A DNA stretch of 63,484 nt, counting the filler, from Neolecta irregularis DAH-3 (Eukaryota): NCBI GenBank assembly GCA_001929475.1. It is 5 parts of 5 records of this genome, joined end to end, with 100 filler letters (N's around TTAATTAATTAA, not from the genome) between each part and the next. Parts side by side here need not be neighbours in the genome. Positions count along the whole stretch, not along the records: positions 1 to 19,712 come from LXFE01003903.1; positions 19,813 to 43,589 come from LXFE01003917.1; 3 more parts are not named here. One strand, written 5' to 3'. Below, piece by piece: positions 12,292-27,204 of this stretch. A program made the translations under genes and the position numbers. Numbering within the stretch: the first letter of the stretch is position 1; every line of letters starts with the position of its first letter. The notes under the pieces are model-generated. The model was not told where the DNA came from, made no database searches, and worked only from the letters and a program-made list of their open reading frames with translations.

Positions 12292-14279
12292 CTACTGGAC
12301 CCCGTCTTTTCCAGGAGGATCATCTTTTTTAGAGGGATCAACATGGACGGAACTGACGAGAGGTACAGTACGCTTGGAAGAGAACGGTGTTTTGTATTTC
12401 AAAATCCCTCGGACTATTAGCTGAAATGGGTGGATGCGGACTCGTTGCCTGTTGTGTTTAAGGGAGTCTGCTTAGAGGAGAGTACCATTGCTTCAGACCT
12501 TCATCGCCGCCAGAGCCAGGTCGATCTATACGAATAACGCCCGTTGAAACAGAACCATTACGAGAAGTAACCACAGAATCGAAAACAAGAGGTGATTCAA
12601 AAGCGTTGACTCTCCCCAGTAACATTGTCTGTGAATCATCCACAGGGTCACCCTTCTTAGGAGGCCAATGCCATGTTGAATCTTGTGGTGTGGGTTGTAT
12701 TCCATCGTCGTCGTCAGGATCCGCGACATAGGAGCTTTGTGCAAAAACATCGACATCGAGCTCTTCGACGGTAATTGTTAAAACATTGGGATTAGTCGCT
12801 GATACAATGAGATCGAGCAAGACTTCTCGTTCTGAAACCAAAACATTCGTGACATTGCGAATCTCGACGTTTCGCAGAGGCCGATTTGCCGCACAGACAA
12901 ATCCAATGCCCGAGAATATCAATATGGTGGTGATCACGATGATAACAAGAACTGGTGCAAAACCGATGGATGCGGGCGGAGGGTTCTTCATGGGATAACG
13001 ATAGCCTCTGGAGAACTTGTGTTTATCTTTAGAGATCATCAAGGGAACACGCTCGTCTCCTCCACTTTCAATATCATCTTCATAAGTCGCCCATTGATGA
13101 GACATGTGGTTCTCGATTGAACGGCGAGTGCCAGTGACTGAAAGACTGGCAGCTCGTGCTTGATAGTGAGCACGGGGTGAACTAGGGCGTGTAGATGTTC
13201 TTGAACCTGCAGCATGATGAGGAATTCTCAAACTTGCTTGTGATGGTTTACTAGTCACTCGGGGGGATCGAAAGGGAGAATCATCTATCGACTAGCAGAG
13301 GAGAAAGGAAGAGGATATACCGGCGAGCAGAGACTTGTGTCTCGGAGCTTCATATTCGTGCCTTTCATTGTATGTATACGGTCCCTGAGTGAATTTCATG
13401 CTGCGTCGTCCTGAAATGGAAGATGTCCGACCATTAAGATCCTTGCATGTTTGTGCTTGTGGCATAAATACGCCTCGAGTCTGTGGACCAGAAGTGATTG
13501 AGGTGACGGAGGAGGTTCTCGAATGTGGATGTGGCCTGAAAGGATTCGATTCGTAAACAAAAGTCTCCGAGTCTGAATTATCTACTTCATCTACCGCACT
13601 GGCGACTTTGGCAGCAAATATTTCAGCCTTGGATGATGCTTGGGGTAAGCAGAGTAGAGATAAAGATCGGTACGATTCATCCCTACATTTGCAGCTCTGG
13701 ATCGTTTTTTCTTTGGTTTAGCGGGAGCTCGAATAGTGTCCTGGTCCAATCAAAATCCGATGCTTGCATTTGTGGGCATACAGTGCTTTTTCGAGCTCTT
13801 GGACCAGATGTCACCGAGTCTCGAGAAGTGATGGGGACCTGTTTGAGGTTCTTTACTGTTTCTGTTTCGACTGTCATGCCGCGATTTCCAGTGCCGGAGG
13901 GACGCTTGCGGGATTTTGCTGCTATAACTGTAGCCAATCGTCTGGACTCTGATCGAGAGCCGCTTTCTGATTCTGATTCTGTAGTGGTTGCCTGGATGGC
14001 TTTAGTTGAAGATGGAGATAATGGCGAAGGGCGTTTCTGGGCATGACGAGGACCCATTTCTTCGTCTGGAGCTGCAGTGTTCTGCGAGTCTGAGTCCGAT
14101 GGTTCGACAGTAGAGGCACGCGACTTTACAGAAGCAGCAGGAGAAAGCTTTGTAGGCGAGATCGAAGTTTCCGGAGTCACGAAAAAGGTGGGAATGTCAG
14201 CAGCAACGGCCGCACCGTCAGAGTCCCTTGCTGAACATGAATCTAGAGGCTGCTGAACGGACTGTTGCTCGGGTGGCAT
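12292..14279 (-). CDS. VAC7: Vacuolar segregation protein Vac7 homolog
   Basis: KAEIFAAKVASAVDEVDNSDSETFVYESN motif; single TM segment followed by LRNVEIRNVTNVLVSEREVLLDLIVSATNPN. Confidence 0.85.
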
Positions 14280-14596
14280 GGTGTTTTGGATGAAGATGGA
14301 GATGAGGAGGCGGAGGCGGAGGAGGAAGGGCGGGTGTGGCGGTCAGGCACCGGTTGGCAAGCAGCAGTAGCGTAAATATGGAGGATCAGTAGTACAACAG
14401 AGGAGTACAGTAGTACAATGCAGTAGTGCAATATGGAGTAGTAGTGCAATCCGCAATAGCAGCAACTGTAGTAGTCGTCATACACGTCCACGGCAGTAGC
14501 AAAACAGCGGTGAATCAATAACAGCAACACATCCAACTGTACAACAGCATATCCTCATCTGACAGCAGTACTCTGCAATCTCCAATTCCATAAATG

Positions 14597-14608
14597 CGCG
14601 AGACGCGT
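14597..14608. promoter_or_regulatory. MCB-like elements (CGCG plus ACGCGT) upstream of the Wee1/Mik1 kinase
   Basis: CGCGAGACGCGT about 125 nt upstream of the ATG at 14732. Confidence 0.4.
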
Positions 14609-14731
14609 CAGTCATCTTCAATGATTCAGTGCTGACTCCACTCCAGCATAACCACCCACCACCATCATCACCATCATCACCACCATCGCCATCTCCACCT
14701 TCACCACTGCTCCTTCCGCTCCATCACCGCG

Positions 14732-17035
<2,304 letters not shown>

Positions 17036-17373
17036 AAGTAAAACTAGGGACCAAATTAAATCGAAAAAATAGGGCTTTTCGCGTATATTCGAGATTCTTG
17101 CATGGCTTTTTATTACCTGATTTCTTTTTATATCCCACTCGCGCGGCTTTCTATCATTTTCATTTTTATATTTCTTAGGCTGGAATGCACCGATCGTACG
17201 CTTTACATCTTCCGCCCTTGATTTTGTAGCGAGAGCGGAATTTGCACCAGGGGATGGAGTTTGTCATTTGGATCTCTTTGTTGTCTACTTTGCTTCACGT
17301 CAATGCTGATGGTGATTACTTATCATTGAGATTTAAAACTCCGACAATATTTTTGAACATTTGACTTGTCTCC

Positions 17374-18130
17374 ATGTCTGTTCGATTTATTATACCACGT
17401 ATATCAACTCGATGTTTCTCGATTTCAGTTTTTGCTTGTAATGAGAATGGAAACTCTAAACAACCGAAATCCTGTATCTTAATTTCTAGCATCTCTACTG
17501 ATTAATCAGCGGTATTCAATGTCAACGACCTGATATCGATGGGTCATGCCAATAACGTCGAAGCGAACCCTTCCGACACCCCCTCGAAATCATTCGCAAG
17601 GCTAGAGCAAATCGTGCTGGATTCGTCGCCGGCGAGTACATTTTCTATGAAACAGGCTGAATATTGACGCTGGTAGGAGATGCAGGCCTTGGTGCTATTA
17701 ATATTTCATTGTACCCGAATTTCCAATTTGGTCAAATCTACTCGCCTATAGATTTTTCATATGAGAGGATCAGAGCGCTAAAAAAGACTCCTATTCACCA
17801 TGGAAAAGACTTGTTTGATTTAATGCAAATTGATCCTATTCAAGAATACAAGGTAGATTATCACTATTCACTAGTTGACATTAGAATTTTGCATTATTTG
17901 CGTCATTTACGACTGAATTAGGACGAATTAGACCTGCTTCAGAAACGGGGTTATCTGCTAAAAATCAGCGAAAAGTGGCCAAGGCAATTCGACGGGCGAG
18001 AGCTGCTGGAATTTTACCGCATTGTCATCGGAATCCGAATCTCCCAACGAAAAATGAACCGAGGGGTATCATAGGTAATCCAGTTTACAGTCATGCTCCA
18101 CCTTTGAAGAGATACCATCTTGATTACTAG
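17374..18130 (+). CDS. RSM18: Mitochondrial ribosomal protein S18 (bS18m)
   Basis: Presequence-like MSVRFIIPRISTRCFS; core IDPIQEYKN...TELGRIRPASETGLSAKNQRKVAKAIRRARAAGILP. Confidence 0.85.
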
Positions 18131-18264
18131 ATTAATAAAAGAGTTTTCGCGTCATCACATTTAAGCTGAGACGAACATGGTTGATTACTAGACATCATAC
18201 TACAACCATCTCATACTGCCATGGATATATGATACAATGAGACCATTACAAGACTATCGGCAAA

Positions 18265-19586
18265 CTATCGACATTTCATCAACTTGTCGTCTGCATAGAG
18301 GGACTGCCACATGAATGCTTCGCTCAACAACAATTCTATATCTTTTTCCGTCCAAGACTTGGTAGGCAACGACTGTAAAAACATGAGTATGCTCTGGAAT
18401 TAGAAGGAAACCAATAGATATAATAGATACTTGAAAATCCATTTGTAGTAGCTTTTTAGACCATTTTACTAGGAAAGCTGCGCAAACGTATAGATGGAAT
18501 TGGGAAAAGCCAGTTGAACCTTCAGAGAGATATGTATCCCACATTCTGATTGTGCTGCGGACGTTGAACTCTCTCATGAGGAGGCAGTTCATCCAGCGGA
18601 AGCTAAACTGGATGAATTCGACGCCCTGGTGTTCGAGGTGGGAAGCGAGTCTGGTGTCTATTCTGCGGGTGAGGTCGCGCAGGCTTGTGATTTGTCTTTG
18701 TATTCCTGGCTGGCCGTGGATATAGTGGTCTGAGAGGGTAGCGAGGAGCGAGGAGAGGCACCAAAAGGTGTCTGCCTCTACGACGTCGATGATTCCTTTT
18801 GGCAGTCCTGCTGGATCAAAGTGCTGGACGTCGGCGTCTATGACATTAGGGCATTCTAGACGCCAATACCGTTTGTGTAGGCGGAGAGAAAGACCTGGAA
18901 GAAGGGAGTTGCGAGATCGTTGATGCCCTGGACATAGCCGCTCTCTGGATGGCGAATGGCCCACAGGTACAGAATGCGCTCGAGTGCGCGTTTGGTGGTT
19001 TCCTTTTGGTAAAGAGCGATTGTGGGATGGGTGCGCAAGACATCGATGTGGATCTGGTGCCACACGGCCGAGTCGCAGCCGCCGCGCAGAGCCTGAGCAA
19101 TGCCCGCATAGTATTCCTGGCGGCGCGCGGCCAGTGTCGATGTGCGCTTGGCGGTTTCTGTTGGCGCATGGCCCAGAAGCACCGGCCACACAACAGGTCG
19201 CAGTTCTGGAGGTACGCCCGACCACGCAAGCGCGCGCAGGGCCTGCAGATCCACAGTCGGCGCCTTTAATAGCCGCGAGAACCGGTCTGCGCGCCCAATC
19301 TGGGCGGTGAGTGCGCCAATCTCGGCCGCCGTCGCATCCACGTCGATCTGGCACCGCGGCGTATCCTCCAGCGCGGCCGCCCAGTCGTCGTCGGTGTCAA
19401 CGAGATAGCTGGCAAACGCCGAGCGGGGCGTAGGCGTGGAGGACGAGCTGCGCGAGATCAGCGGAGCGGCAGCGGCGAGCATCTGCATTTCCTGCTGCGC
19501 GGCATCAGCACCGAGTTTATTTGCAGCAGCCGCACCTGCACCGGCAGCCGCCGTTTGTCCCGCGCGCCCATTGCAGAGTATGGTGG
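18265..19586 (-). CDS. GYP1: Rab-GAP TBC protein Gyp1/TBC1D22 (5' end lost in gap)
   Basis: LRALAWSGVPPELRPVVWPVLLG, HQIHIDVLRT, WAIRHPESGYVQGINDLATPF, VEFIQFSFRWMNCLLMRE. Confidence 0.93.
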
Positions 19587-19712
19587 NNNNNNNNNNCGTT
19601 TCTCGGACGACTTATACATGCAGTCTCTAAAAAGAATACTCCCCACTGGATACTTTCACCATGAAAACAGTTTTTGGCAGGTTACCAAGGGTTGAATAAC
19701 TTCTGGTGGGCA

Positions 19713-19812
19713 NNNNNNNNNNNNNNNNNNNNNNNNNNNNNNNNNNNNNNNNNNNNTTAATTAATTAANNNNNNNNNNNNNNNNNNNNNNNNNNNNNNNN
19801 NNNNNNNNNNNN
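19713..19812. other. Artificial scaffold linker (44 N + TTAATTAATTAA + 44 N)
   Basis: Six-frame-stop spacer, identical at 43590-43689, 58938-59037 and 61784-61883. Confidence 0.95.
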
Positions 19813-20081
19813 GGACGACGAGGTTTCTGTGCGAGGCAGGGACGGGGGTGAGGGTTCTGTGGGAGGTAGGGATGAGGGTTGTGTGGGAGGCAAGGATGAG
19901 GGATCTGTAGGAGGCAGGGATGAGGGATCTGTAGGAGGCAAGGATGAGGGATCTGTAGGNNNNNNNNNNTCAAAAGAGAACGTTACAATGTATCGACAGA
20001 TATTATAAAGTCATCCCGTATTAACACCATACCAGGCCACCCAAAGTATACAAACAAAAATCATCCTAACTAGGTGAGAAA

Positions 20082-21560
20082 TCAATCTTTATTGACAGAA
20101 AGAATGGTAATTCCAACAGCTCTGACTTCATCGCCCTCCGCCTCCTTGAGGGCTGCCACAATTTTTTCAGTTTCAACGTGAGGCAAGATCTCCTTGATCC
20201 GTTCGATCTTGTCATTCCAGCCGTCTGGATGGGTTTCGGCAGGGTCAGACCATGTATACTCGCCATCAAAAGTTTTTCCCCACCGATGATTTGCGGGATT
20301 TTTAGGAACAGTGGTGGAGGGTTGAGGGGTACTCTTTTTTCCAAAGAAATTGTTCAAGCGCCGATATTCGTCTGGTTGCGCGGTAAAGAAGCTTGGTTTT
20401 CGAGATTTTGAATCGGTATTTGCCGAGCCGGGCGGGGTATGAGAGAAAAGACTGGACGTTCGATTTCTGTCTCTAGGACTAGCCAATGGCGATGAATGAG
20501 CAGCAGTAGTTGGGATTCCATTTGGCGAAGTGGGTGTGGTAGGATTAGCCAAGGGGGGCGACGATACTGTCTGGCCACTAGATCTCCGTTTTCTTAGTCC
20601 AAAGAAGCCAATGCTTTTGTTACTGCGCTCAACTGCATCTCTTGGATGAACAACCTCTGCGGCTTTTCTCCCAAATATTTTTGCAATGTCTTTTGCTACG
20701 TGTATTCGCGAGGCGGTGCTGCGGCCTGTGGAGGGCCTGTGGAGGTGTACGTCATTTAGCGCGTCTGAAATTAGCAAGCTTTAATGTCTGCCGTACCGAT
20801 TTCCGGTTTCATGGAAAGGAGCCAGGTGTGAAGACCTGTGTCGAAGCAGTTCATGTGCAATGCGCGATCGATGTAGGCGTTAGTTCTCTCCAGTGTTATT
20901 GGCAATTCCTTGATATCTCCGGAGGAGAAGTAGGGAGGCAAGGGGGTCAATCTGGCTACGAGGACTCTTTCTGACACGAGGGCAGCGGATATTCTGGACG
21001 GATCAAGCTGGAAAGACGATTCGCCGACGGGAGAGGGGGGTATTGGGCCAAAGTCTGGGGACTCTGAAGCAGGGAAGAAAGCGGATTCGTGGATCTCACT
21101 GCCATTTGTTGTTGGCCGTGAATCCTGGATGTCTTGGTTTGTAGGGTCAGGTTTGAATTCTGCAAGCGAATGGTCATCCGAGTGTATCGATCCAAGCTCT
21201 GCAACCATAGAAGCAGATGGAGTGAGTGGCTCTAGGGGAGGCTGAGGAGGCTCTAGAAGAAGAGGAAGAGGCAGAGGAAGCGACTCTGGAGGCGGGGGAA
21301 ACTCATCATAAACATTGCTCTCTGGGAGATCTACAACGGGGGCGGTGGCAAGGACGGCAGAAAGCGACCAGTCTGAGGAGTTGTACACCACCGAGGGCAG
21401 GGACACAACCACATCGGTCAGGGCGGCGTCGTGGTAGAGGGACGACGAGGTTTCTGTGCGAGGCAGGGACGGGGGTGAGGGTTCTGTGGGAGGTAGGGAT
21501 GAGGGATCTGTAGGAGGCAAGGATGAGGGATCTGTAGGAGGCAGGGATGAGGGATCTGTA
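20082..21560 (-). CDS. Hypothetical protein with Pro/Ser-rich N-terminus and C-terminal CUE/UBA-like domain (5' end lost in gap)
   Basis: ORFs 20771-21560 and 20082-20777. C-terminus KIERIKEILPHVETEKIVAALKEAEGDEVRAVG fits a CUE pattern. Confidence 0.65.
21475..21560. repeat. Coding 24-bp minisatellite (TDPSSLPP repeats); second copy at 19813-19958
   Basis: Tandem unit GGATGAGGGATCTGTAGGAGGCAR running into an assembly gap. Confidence 0.9.
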
Positions 21561-21570
21561 NNNNNNNNNN

Positions 21571-21723
21571 GGGTGAAAAACATACCAGACGAGGATTTTG
21601 GTGCATACGTCCCCCCGAGTTTGTCAAGGAGCCAATGGTCTGGGGCGGCAAGCCGCTTCAAATGTTTCTTTCTGAAACGATCAACAACAATACTGGCGCC
21701 AAAACGTACACTCCACGAGTCAT
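21571..21723 (-). CDS. RPS4: 40S ribosomal protein S4 (eS4), 5' fragment cut by gap
   Basis: [34 protein letters not shown], followed by a GTATGT donor. Confidence 0.93.
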
Positions 21724-21941
21724 TGTTGGAAAAAAAGAACTTGGTCGGCTGGTACTGCTGTGGCGGCGAGGTAGTTTTGCAAAACAGAGTCACGCCGCAA
21801 ACTGCCAATACAATAGCCGCTAATTAGCCGGCAAAATCCCAGGCTTGCAAAACTATCCCGCACTATGTAAATTGGGCTGGATGATTAGTCAGGCAGCTAT
21901 CGGATAAGAAGAGGCTTGAATTCTTCTCGCCCCCTCAAAAC

Positions 21942-22670
21942 ATGATTCCCCAGATCCAACATCCAGCGCCCGCCTTTAAGACAACCGCCGTTGTTGATGG
22001 GTCTTTTCAGCAAATCTCGCTTGATGATTACAGAGGCAAATGGGTTCTGCTCGCATTTATTCCCATGGCTTTCACTTTTGCTTGTCCCACAGAGGTTTAC
22101 ATCCTCAAATCGACACCGCTTAATTGAACAGGTAATCGCCTTTTCAGATGCCGCATCCCATTTCAACGAACGCGGTGCCCATGTCCTCTTTTGCTCAGTC
22201 GACTCGGAATATTCTTTGCTCGCATGGACCAACACCGACCGCAAGTTGGGTGGTGTTGGCCCCGTCAATATCCCCCTCATGAGCGATAAAAACCACAAAA
22301 TCGCTAGAGACTATGGCGTCTTGATCGAAGATGCCGGTATCGCTTTGCGAGGACTATTCCTTATCGATCCCAACGGCATTCTTCGACAAATCACAATTAA
22401 CGTGCGCTCTCTTCATCCAATTACCGCTTCTGACTTGAATTAGGATTTGCCTGTTGGTCGATCTACCGATGAAGCGATAAGATTACTCGACGCATTTTTG
22501 TTTGTCGAGACCCATGGCGAGGCACGCGTTCATTAAATTTCCTCTTTTATGGAATTTCATCCCAGAAAGGTTAACCTCTATAGGTCTGTCCAGCAAACTG
22601 GCAAAAGGGACAAAAAACTATAAAACCAGATGTCAAGGCATCCAAAGAATACTTTTCTTCCGCCGCCTAG
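21942..22670 (+). CDS. TSA1: 2-Cys peroxiredoxin (Tsa1/Tpx1 family)
   Basis: [49 protein letters not shown]. Confidence 0.95.
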
Positions 22671-23094
22671 CATTTTGATGTGTTTGATAGATGTATAACT
22701 TGGCAGTTTTTTGAAAGCAAAATAAAAACTTGCTTGTTTTTGTGCAACATGTAGAAATTAGATTTGGATAGAGAAAAGAAAAGAAAAAGAGAAAACCAGT
22801 TTAGGGCGGGTTTTGCAGTCAATATTTTACCCTGAATTTCCTGAAATTCGGTTTTGACACGCGCGTCTTGCGATTACAAAATAGAAACTTTTCTCGAGAT
22901 AAGTGATAAGGAATTGCAATTACGTAAAATTTGGCGAAGGACTGCAAACGGGTTTTTTGGAATTATCCGAAATAAATTGCAATTTCAAGTTTTTGGATTT
23001 CAGGTGCCCCAAAACGCGCCCTTATTCTGTGCGAGATTGTACTGAACTTTGTCTATATCTATAGATAGATAGGTAGATATATGGCACTGGCTAA

Positions 23095-23905
23095 TCAAAA
23101 TAGGTCTGCAAATGAAATCCTCATTTGACGAAATGAGGACTTCGTGTGCTGACAAAACACATGCAGTAATGCTACTTTTTTCATCGTCCCCATGTATTCT
23201 AGACATGTCAAGTTTTCGAGAAGGAGAATGACGGGATGTACCCCGTTCCACTGAGGATCCTGTATAAAAGCACACAATACTTTTGATCCAGTCTGTAAAA
23301 GTGGATGTCCCGCAACCCTATCTAGTCAAGAAACACATCTCAAAATTTGAACATGTACGTTTGGAGGAACTTTTCTAAACCCACTCGTCGATGTTCAATA
23401 ACCTCGTCTGAGAAGCGATTGGTAAAGACTTTGCCGGGCAGAGGAGGGAGTGTCACGCGGGCTGTTTCACGTTCAAGGATATCCCTAAATGCTTCGAATT
23501 CAGAGTATCGTCTCCGCACAGTAGAGCTTTTGAGTTTGAAAGCAGGTATATTAGTCTGGATGAGTCAGGAAGAAGCGGGGCGTAATGGATGTAGATGCCC
23601 TGCAGATGATTTCGTAGTTTGTGTATTGCTTCCGAGTTCCTGGATCGTTCAGGGGGACGATACAGGCAACTCCGTACCAAAAGTTTGAGGGTTCTTGACC
23701 TTGAGATAAATCAATACATGTGACGATGGTCAATAAATACCTCGATCTCCAGAAAATTCTCAGGAACGGCGTATTCTGTATGATAGTTCGTTTTAGAATC
23801 GGTTTCTGGAGAACTTATGCGCTGGAACAGACCACCGGCGGGATTGACATGGCGAATATTGGAGTCCTTTGGATGCGTGAGCGACTGGTCGTTGTCGGGC
23901 GTCAT
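23095..23905 (-). CDS. SNX3: Sorting nexin 3 (PX domain); 3' end approximate
   Basis: [74 protein letters not shown]. Confidence 0.93.
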
Positions 23906-24220
23906 TGACCTGAGGTTGTGTTGATGGGAGGGTCACCGTCGTATGTGCTCCGGTTGGAGCTCCAAAAGAAAAAGTCCCCGAGGCTACATACTCATATTCA
24001 TACTGCGAAAATAATGTGTGCTGCTTGGTTGGAACACACTGTCTCAAGAACCCGACCCACCGCCCTGGCTGTATATGATACACCCGCGTGGTTGCATTTA
24101 TCGACAAGCAGACTCGTCACCGTGCAACATTCTCACCACCGTGGTCAAAGTGGAACATCCACCCTCGTGGAACACTATTCACCACACGGATACCTTTTCG
24201 CGGATAGATTTCTCACCACC

Positions 24221-27092
24221 ATGATGCAGATGCAGTCTGAAGAAACATTGCTACCGCCTACCAGTATTACAGACACGGCTGTGCTAGGCGATGGCTCGTG
24301 CTTTGTCTCCCGCTATCTTTCTCCCCACAAAGTTGCCCTCGTTGTCCTCGTCGAAATTTACTGTGCCGTGCTTCTCCCGCCCAGACACACAACACACGTC
24401 CTCTCGCTCGTAATCGACCATATAGACGTGCACCTTCCCTGCCCGTCCCCATTCTGACGCCAAGGTCAAAGACGGCATCCAATTGACTCTGCAACAATTA
24501 CAGACCGAGACCCAGAATTGTGATAGCAGTATCCTAGGCCGCACAGTCTGCCATTTGCTCCTCAAGAAGGTATGCCCAACCACAGCTCGTCTTTTGAGAC
24601 CGCTCTAGCTTTGGGATATCCACTCGTTTGATGACTTTAACCACTTCATGTACGCCCTTCCAACCTTTCTCGTCCAGCGAAACACAAGCGTCCCCATCGA
24701 TCGTAGATTAATTCTACTGAGTATCACGTCTGTTCTTGGACGCTTCATTCGACGATGTTCGCTTGAATTTAACAGAATGACCTTTGAAGAATCTGTTCAT
24801 TTCTGGAAGGCTTTTATCGCTTACCGCGCTTCGTCGATGGATAGCTGGAACTCATTGGAGGGCAATCATTCCATGATAAATGTCACTTCCGACTTGGAGG
24901 GTTTCGCGGATCATCCACAACTTGTCGAACATGTTTACAAATATCTTGAACGTACTGCTTCGGATCGGGGGTCTTTTTTAATAGGTAGCTTGCACGACAA
25001 TTTTCGATTCGGATCGATTTGCGGAGAATGCTGTACAGAATATGCAAAGTATCCTGTAAATTCGTATCACAAATTAAGTTCAAGGAACTGGTAATCCATT
25101 GCCAGATGAATTTCTGGCTCTCTCGAGTAACCTTCGATTACCGCAAGAAGCGGTTCCGGCTTCAACTCATTATATGAAGTATGATCTCTAGCCATATGGA
25201 TTTTGCTTATTTAGATTCATTCATTCGTGGAAATCTGGGGATTATCAAGCTACCTTTGACAATCTCCATCGATATTTTGATTACACATTACAGAATCGAG
25301 ACCGGTAAAGTCCATTTCATTTTTCAGGTCCGTCTAACAGTTAGGAGATTCTATCACTACGCTCTGCTCAACCTTGCATTGGTACAAGCAGACTTTGGCT
25401 CGACTCAAGAAGCCACATGGGTATCTCCCACAACCTCGGCTACTCTTTAACTCAAAGGCAATTCAAGAAAGTATAAACACAGCTAGGGAAAACAAAGATT
25501 ATGACTGTTTGAATTTCGCATTAGCATGGCTTCATCAATTCCAGAAATCTCACCCTAACATTACCCAATCCCTATCCGATCAACAAATCATTAAATATCT
25601 CACAAAACAAAGCCAGGAGTCAACTCAACACGGTCTACAATCTTCAACTCATTTATTTCAATCCAAAAAAATTATCGAGGAGGTTTGTTTTCATTATATC
25701 AAGACTAAATGAACGATTAGGGTGGACCTGCTCGGGACGCTTTCAAGGCTTTGCTTAAATCTTCAAAAATTAATTCTATGGAGTCAAAGAGTCAATTGCA
25801 TGGAATTCAAACTCTTTTATGTTCAGATTTCTGGGAGAGACTGGGTGTGAATCTCTACTGGGTTGACAATAGATTAACAAGAGGTCACAATCCCACAGGT
25901 ATAATTCACATGGAACTCGTCTCTATGCATTACTCCCACATTATATCGTCTGAAGATTTAATCCGCATTCGATGTAATCACGCTATCCAGGTATACACCA
26001 TCGGCAATTGACTGTCTGATTCACGATAGTGTTCTAAACGTGGAAGATTACCAGAACTAATCGCATCGCTTCAAACAGTCGGAAATGAAACACAAATGTC
26101 GAACCAAACGCGAAAAATCTGGGCATTATACGTAGCCTATCTCCAGATTCGTCTGTCTTTGAATCGGTAAGGATGATCTTTGTACCTATTAACTAACTTT
26201 ATAGATCAAATTTAAATCATGCTTTTACTATTTTTGAGCAAGTTTCTCCTCTTCTTGATATCGACCGCGGACTACGACTTCTTATTAAATTACTAGAGGT
26301 AGAGTATTTAAAAAGATCTCATGATTTACCTCAGGTATGCACCCCATCTTAGATGGGGTCTAACGGCATCCACAGGCATTCGATTCTGTGGTTGCTCTGA
26401 AAGAGGAATACGGATCACAGTCGGATATACTTGATCGTATTACAATTGAAGTGTCTCATGCAGAGCTGATTTTGGTATCGGGCTTATTGGAGTCCAGCTG
26501 ATCTGAAAGGAAACCGAGGAGCCTTGGAAAGCTCTCTCTTTGATTTCTAGGCAAGTGATCCTTGCAGAGAAGCATAAACTTCCCGGGATTTTAAGCAAAG
26601 CAATCGTTGTGTTATCTGAGGTTTTACTGCGTATAGACGAGGCGGAGGAAGCATTAATTCTCTTGGATGGAGTAATGGCTTTGGTAAATTTCTGACTTGT
26701 GATATTGCTGATTTTATTATATTTTACAACAGGAAGATGAGGGCTTGGAAGGAAGAGCTTTGGATGTTTACGCAGAATGCCTGGTTGAAATAAACCAAAA
26801 GAAACATAATGCCAACCACCCGGAAGAAACCGCGCTGCTGCTTTATGAACGGGCTCTAGACGGCATGTTTTTATTTCGAATACTGTCTGACATAGCAGCA
26901 TATCGTAATATTGAAGATATCGAGCAGTCTATCAGAATATCCATAAAAGTTCTTCAGAATGCAGGTCTTGCCTCGGGAAAAGGTAATCCTGTAATGGAAA
27001 ATGCACTCGCTAGTCTGCAAGCACAGCGAGAACAGTACAGCAAGCAATCAATTCTTACTCCTGTATTTACTTATACCGAGAGAGTATTATGA
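24221..27092 (+). CDS. APC5: Anaphase-promoting complex subunit 5
   Basis: SRYLSPHKVALVVLVEIY, SVLGRFIRRCSLEFNRMTFEE, FDNLHRYFDY, YHYALLNLALVQADFG, AIQESINTARENKDYDCLNFALAWL. Confidence 0.9.
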
Positions 27093-27204
27093 AATCAGAA
27101 TATCATTATACATTCAAATAATTCTCTACTGATTAGAAAATAAAACATCCCAACGCCCATTCTACAGTTCCTATGAATACATTTATATGATCAGCCCAAA
27201 AGGT

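Noticed and set aside
19757-19768. Recurrent palindrome TTAATTAATTAA (four copies) as a biological repeat
   Set aside because: It is always centred in an exact 100-nt N block, so it is an artificial six-frame-stop linker.
20771-21808. Apparent RPS4-fusion ORF
   Set aside because: The frame runs through an N gap joining unrelated, mis-ordered contigs.
26863-26898. Additional GC-AG intron in APC5 (GCATGT donor)
   Set aside because: Plausible, but in frame and stop-free in a poorly conserved region, so it was not counted.
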